Source: Candidatus Heimdallarchaeum endolithica
GTDB lineage: Archaea; Asgardarchaeota; Heimdallarchaeia; Heimdallarchaeales; Heimdallarchaeaceae
DNA: 64,000 nt
Direction of reading: 5' to 3'
Assembly: GCA_021513715.1 (NCBI GenBank)
Contig: CP084167.1
Coordinates: 2,080,001 to 2,144,000 of the forward strand
Within the stretch, counting starts at the first letter, position 1, and each line of letters begins with the position of its first letter. Shown one piece after another: positions 60,388 to 64,000 of this stretch. The notes under the pieces are model-generated. The model did not search any database, was not told the DNA's origin, and saw only the letters and a list, made by a program, of their open reading frames with translations. Position numbers and translations under genes: made by a program.

Positions 60388-60930
60388 CTATTGATTCTGA
60401 TTACCAAATAATTTATTATAAAGTCTCATGGAATTAGTTATGGTTTCAAAAGCTTCTTCTTTTGAACCCCAGCCTATAACTTCAGTATTTTTACCATATT
60501 CTAGACCTTTGTAGGTCCTAAAAAATTCTGCAATTTCAGCTAAGGTATGAGGATAGATATCTTTTAGTGTGTAAACATCATGATATAACGGGTCTCCACT
60601 TGCTACTGCTAGTATTTTATCATCTCTCCCTTTTTCATCACGCATCTTCAGAACACCTATGGGTCTAGCTGGAAGAACACACCCTGGGAAAGTAGGTTCT
60701 GTAATCAAAACCAAAATATCCAAAGCATCTCCATCTTCATAATACGTTCTAGGAATTAATCCATAGTCTCCTGGAAAATGTACAGATGAATGAAGAACAC
60801 GATCAAGCACTAGGTAACCTTCCTTTCTAAATTCATATTTATTTTTATTATTTTTTGGATTTTCTATAATGACGAATACCTCTTCTGGAGGATTCGGTCC
60901 AGTTTCTATTTTTTCCCATAAAGTTTTCAT
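60388..60930 (-). CDS. ppa: Inorganic pyrophosphatase
   Basis: LDRVL, YGLIPRT, DGDALD, DEKGRDDK. Confidence 0.96.
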   Translation of the reverse strand: MKTLWEKIETGPNPPEEVFVIIENPKNNKNKYEFRKEGYLVLDRVLHSSVHFPGDYGLIPRTYYEDGDALDILVLITEPTFPGCVLPARPIGVLKMRDEKGRDDKILAVASGDPLYHDVYTLKDIYPHTLAEIAEFFRTYKGLEYGKNTEVIGWGSKEEAFETITNSMRLYNKLFGNQNQ

Positions 60931-61055
60931 TAACCAAAAAGTATTAACTTACATTAAAAAATCTTTGATTTACACAATTTTTATTGATTCTTAAATCCCT
61001 AACAAAAAAATCTATTTAACTAGCTACAATTAGAAAGATAAAAATGGTAAGAAAA

Positions 61056-62951
61056 TTAGTTAAGAAAAGTAAAAGGGGATATAATACCAGTCTTGTGTTT
61101 TTCTTTTGCTTCTAAAAGTCGTTTTCGTTGATTATTAAGTTCGATAAAGAACTCCTCTGGCATCATTTTCTCTTCCTTAAATATCGCTTCTATTCTATCA
61201 AGTTTCTCCAAGAATTTATCAACTCTGATTGAAAACTCTGCTTCGTATCTTTCCTTTGAGTAATCAACATTAAATACTTCTTTGAATAATTTTACAAGAT
61301 CCTCATATTTTGGTATGTATCCTATTGGTGTTTCAATTGCTCCACATTCATTATGGACTCTACTTTCTGCCCAAAGCAACCATATTTTTTTATCCAGAAT
61401 TTCGTCATAATAACGATTATTTTCATCTTTTAGGAAGTAATTAGTTGAGAAAATTTTTGGTCGTTTATCATCTTCGACTTTTTTACCAAACTCATAATGG
61501 GCTTTAAGGTATTTACCTAATGGTACTACTATAAAATCTAAGTTAGCCATTGGTTGGTGCTTTCTTACGCCTGCTTTTCCAAGTGTTGCGGCAGTAGTTT
61601 CTGATTCTACAGAAGCTCCTATGAAAACTCCGTGATTCCAATTAAAAGATTCGTATACTGGAACTGAGGTATCACTATCTCTCCCACCATAAATAATCGC
61701 GGAAACTTTTACTCCTTCAGGGTTATTTAAAGCTTCATCACAGTTTTCCAGATCCTCTATTCTAATTGTATAACGAGCGTTAGGGTGAGAGAATTTTAAT
61801 TCGTTTCCTTCTTCATCTTTTTTTCCTTCTTCCCATTCTCCTAAAAGAGAACTAGTCCAATTCGTACCTTTTTTTGGTACCTCAATATCATTACCCATCC
61901 CTAACCAATAAGGCTTCCCATCTTTAACAAGCACATTAGAGAATATTGTTTCTCCAGGTGTAGTTAAAGCCTTAAAGATTTCAGGATCATCTCTTGGATT
62001 TACATCTCGAATAATTCCAAAAATTCCACTCTCAATATTAACAGCTCTTACTTCTCCGTCCTTATTAATTCGTAAATAAGCTATGTCATCACCGACAATG
62101 GAATTTCCAGGAATCATTGCAGTACTTGTTTTTCCACAAGCACTTGGAAATGCACCTAAGAAGTAAGTTTTTCTATTTTTCTTTGGGGGTATTACTGCAG
62201 AAATAAACATGTGCTCTGTTAACCAACCTTCATTGATTGCTTTATTGATTGCTAAACGAAGAGCAAGTTTTTTGAGGCCTAAACTATTACCTGCATATTG
62301 ATTATTTACTGATAAAACTCTATTTTCTTCTAAATCAATATAAATTCGTCTTTTATCAATGTTCTTGGTAACATTCTTTTCTGTTAAAGGTCCAGCTGAA
62401 TGAATAAAGTAAAAGAAATCATTAGGGTCCTTTAATCTCTTAAATTGTTCATATCCTGTCCTATAAAGAATATCTTCAGAATGAGCTACATAAGCTGAAT
62501 CAGTAATTTGTAAAGCAGAAATTGAAAAATCAGAGTTTGTAGGTCCAAGACAGAAAAAGCGGACAATAGCAAGTTTTCCTTCCATACATCCATCCATTAT
62601 AGACAGTATTTCTTTTAATCCTTCATCTCGATCTATTGTATTAATGTGTTTTCCATATTCATCTTTTTTTTCAGCAGGAACAAGTAAACGAGTATTAGCT
62701 TTATCTCGAGCTTGATCATAATAAGAATCAAAATGGATGGTATGTCCATCTAAATGTAGAGGTTTCTCTTCGCCAAGATCTAATGCTAGTTTTCTAACAT
62801 ATTCAATATCTTCATCAGAATCGTCAATAACCACTCCCTTTTCAGGTTTACACAACGAGAAAAATTCTTCAACCACTTGTATAACTTTTGGGTTGTTCAA
62901 AGCTTCAAGTTTCTTAATATCTTTTTCACTGAGCCATTTTTCTAGTGCCAT
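61056..62951 (-). CDS. pckG: GTP-dependent phosphoenolpyruvate carboxykinase
   Basis: YAGNSLGLKK, AFPSACGKTS, VGDDIA, HPNARY, YGGRD. Confidence 0.96.
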   Translation of the reverse strand: MALEKWLSEKDIKKLEALNNPKVIQVVEEFFSLCKPEKGVVIDDSDEDIEYVRKLALDLGEEKPLHLDGHTIHFDSYYDQARDKANTRLLVPAEKKDEYGKHINTIDRDEGLKEILSIMDGCMEGKLAIVRFFCLGPTNSDFSISALQITDSAYVAHSEDILYRTGYEQFKRLKDPNDFFYFIHSAGPLTEKNVTKNIDKRRIYIDLEENRVLSVNNQYAGNSLGLKKLALRLAINKAINEGWLTEHMFISAVIPPKKNRKTYFLGAFPSACGKTSTAMIPGNSIVGDDIAYLRINKDGEVRAVNIESGIFGIIRDVNPRDDPEIFKALTTPGETIFSNVLVKDGKPYWLGMGNDIEVPKKGTNWTSSLLGEWEEGKKDEEGNELKFSHPNARYTIRIEDLENCDEALNNPEGVKVSAIIYGGRDSDTSVPVYESFNWNHGVFIGASVESETTAATLGKAGVRKHQPMANLDFIVVPLGKYLKAHYEFGKKVEDDKRPKIFSTNYFLKDENNRYYDEILDKKIWLLWAESRVHNECGAIETPIGYIPKYEDLVKLFKEVFNVDYSKERYEAEFSIRVDKFLEKLDRIEAIFKEEKMMPEEFFIELNNQRKRLLEAKEKHKTGIISPFTFLN

Positions 62952-63086
62952 AAGCTTCTTGGAATCTCTCTAATTATTATATTTATTGCTACATATATAA
63001 AATTGATTAAAATCGATGAAGAGTATACTGAAAATTTTTATTAGATTGAAGTAATAATAATTTAGAGTTATAAGGAAGGAAAAGAA

Positions 63087-63233
63087 GTGTCTGATGAGGA
63101 AATAAAAGATTGTCCAAAATGTAATGGAAAAATGATAAAAAAATATGACTATCTACCAGATGATATGGAATTTAAAGAACCAAAACATTACTGGATTTGC
63201 CCATCTTGTATGTATTATGAAGTTATTGAATAA
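63087..63233 (+). CDS. Small CPxC zinc-ribbon protein (48 aa, not in ORF track)
   Basis: GTG start; MSDEEIKDCPKCNG...HYWICPSCMYYEVIE. Confidence 0.7.
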   Translation: MSDEEIKDCPKCNGKMIKKYDYLPDDMEFKEPKHYWICPSCMYYEVIE

Positions 63234-63399
63234 AATCTTTTTTTGAAATAGTTTTTTCACAGATTCCTGCGATAAAGTTCTATCATTTAAACTTTTTCGG
63301 CTGTTAAGAGAGATATTTTCAAAGAATAATAATGCTAAACTACTGTTACTTTTGTTAAAATAGATAAAAATTAGATTTTTCTTTGGTTTGTAAAATAAA

Positions 63400-63477
63400 T
63401 GGCGAAGTTTCGAGAAGAATCTTTCATTCGAGGTAACATGTACCGTAAGTCTAGATTCACGGAGGAAAACTTCGCCA
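63400..63477. ncRNA. Candidate structured RNA / stem-loop element
   Basis: 11-bp terminal stem TGGCGAAGTTT/AAACTTCGCCA with nested GAATCT/AGATTC and GGTA/TACC pairings in a GC-richer island. Confidence 0.4.
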
Positions 63478-63557
63478 ATGAATTTAAAGAAATTCGATTA
63501 TTAAAATAGTACCATTGTATATTTTTAGTTTAGTTAAAAAACAAAATGAAAAGAAGG

Positions 63558-63998
63558 CTAAATTACACTAAAGTTGATATCGACTGTGATAATATTCACA
63601 ACTAACGAAAAAGATGTAGAAGGAGCATAATCATAATCTAATTTTTGTAGATAATTTGAAGATTCAGCATTAATTGATAAATCAGTACTGAATGTTCCTA
63701 AACTATATGATTTGATGATTTGTGCTCTTTTAGACAACTCTAGTTTTGCTTCAGAGTTAATTAGTGGAAAATACTCTTTTTGGTAACTATCTACTTGAGT
63801 AGTGTTCAAATTTATAATAATGAAGTTAACTTCAACTTCATCAGTCTTTATATTTTCAATTGAAACAAAGATATCATAATATAATTTAAGCATTTTATAA
63901 TCATCAAAGGTTTGATAAATAATATTAGTTACATCTGCTGTTCTGTTAGGTGAATAAACTAGTAAATCAGGTGAACCTACATTATAAATTGAGCCACC
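63558..63998 (-). CDS. C-terminal part of a hypothetical (probably extracellular beta-rich) protein running off the window end
   Basis: Frame stays open from the window edge to the stop at 63558. Confidence 0.6.
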   Translation of the reverse strand, partial: GGSIYNVGSPDLLVYSPNRTADVTNIIYQTFDDYKMLKLYYDIFVSIENIKTDEVEVNFIIINLNTTQVDSYQKEYFPLINSEAKLELSKRAQIIKSYSLGTFSTDLSINAESSNYLQKLDYDYAPSTSFSLVVNIITVDINFSVI

Positions 63999-64000
63999 AT

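Noticed and set aside
960-62973. Numerous short antisense ORFs overlapping well-supported genes
   Set aside because: Shadow ORFs without motifs, opposite confident CDSs

Overview
AT-rich archaeal chromosome segment, most likely from an Asgard archaeon (Heimdallarchaeia-like). The inference rests on archaeal ribosomal and translation genes, intron-containing tRNAs, a Rab-like GTPase, a roadblock protein and an unlinked 23S rRNA. Housekeeping blocks (rplX-pfdA-ftsY, lipBA, acd-plsY, rpl11-secE-spt5, rpl1-P0-P12, rps19e-eIF6, ftsZ, tgtA, cdd, ppa, pckG) are interleaved with accessory DNA. That DNA comprises a complete type I-B CRISPR-Cas locus with a 47-repeat array, two satellite mini-arrays, att-like tRNA-3'-end duplications at tRNA-Leu and tRNA-Pro, an IS element, a 270-bp (AAGAG)n satellite and two BHB-type introns in the 23S gene. 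The most striking observation is a mini-array upstream of cas6 with its own copy of the leader. Its first spacer is the D-arm and anticodon arm of a tRNA-Cys and matches 29/36 nt of the tRNA-Cys gene lying ~200 bp away, and the predicted crRNA is antisense to that tRNA. A second notable pattern is a purine-to-pyrimidine strand-polarity switch at polypurine tracts beside tRNA/rRNA loci, which appears to override synonymous codon choice. All product calls come from motif recognition by eye; no database searches were run.
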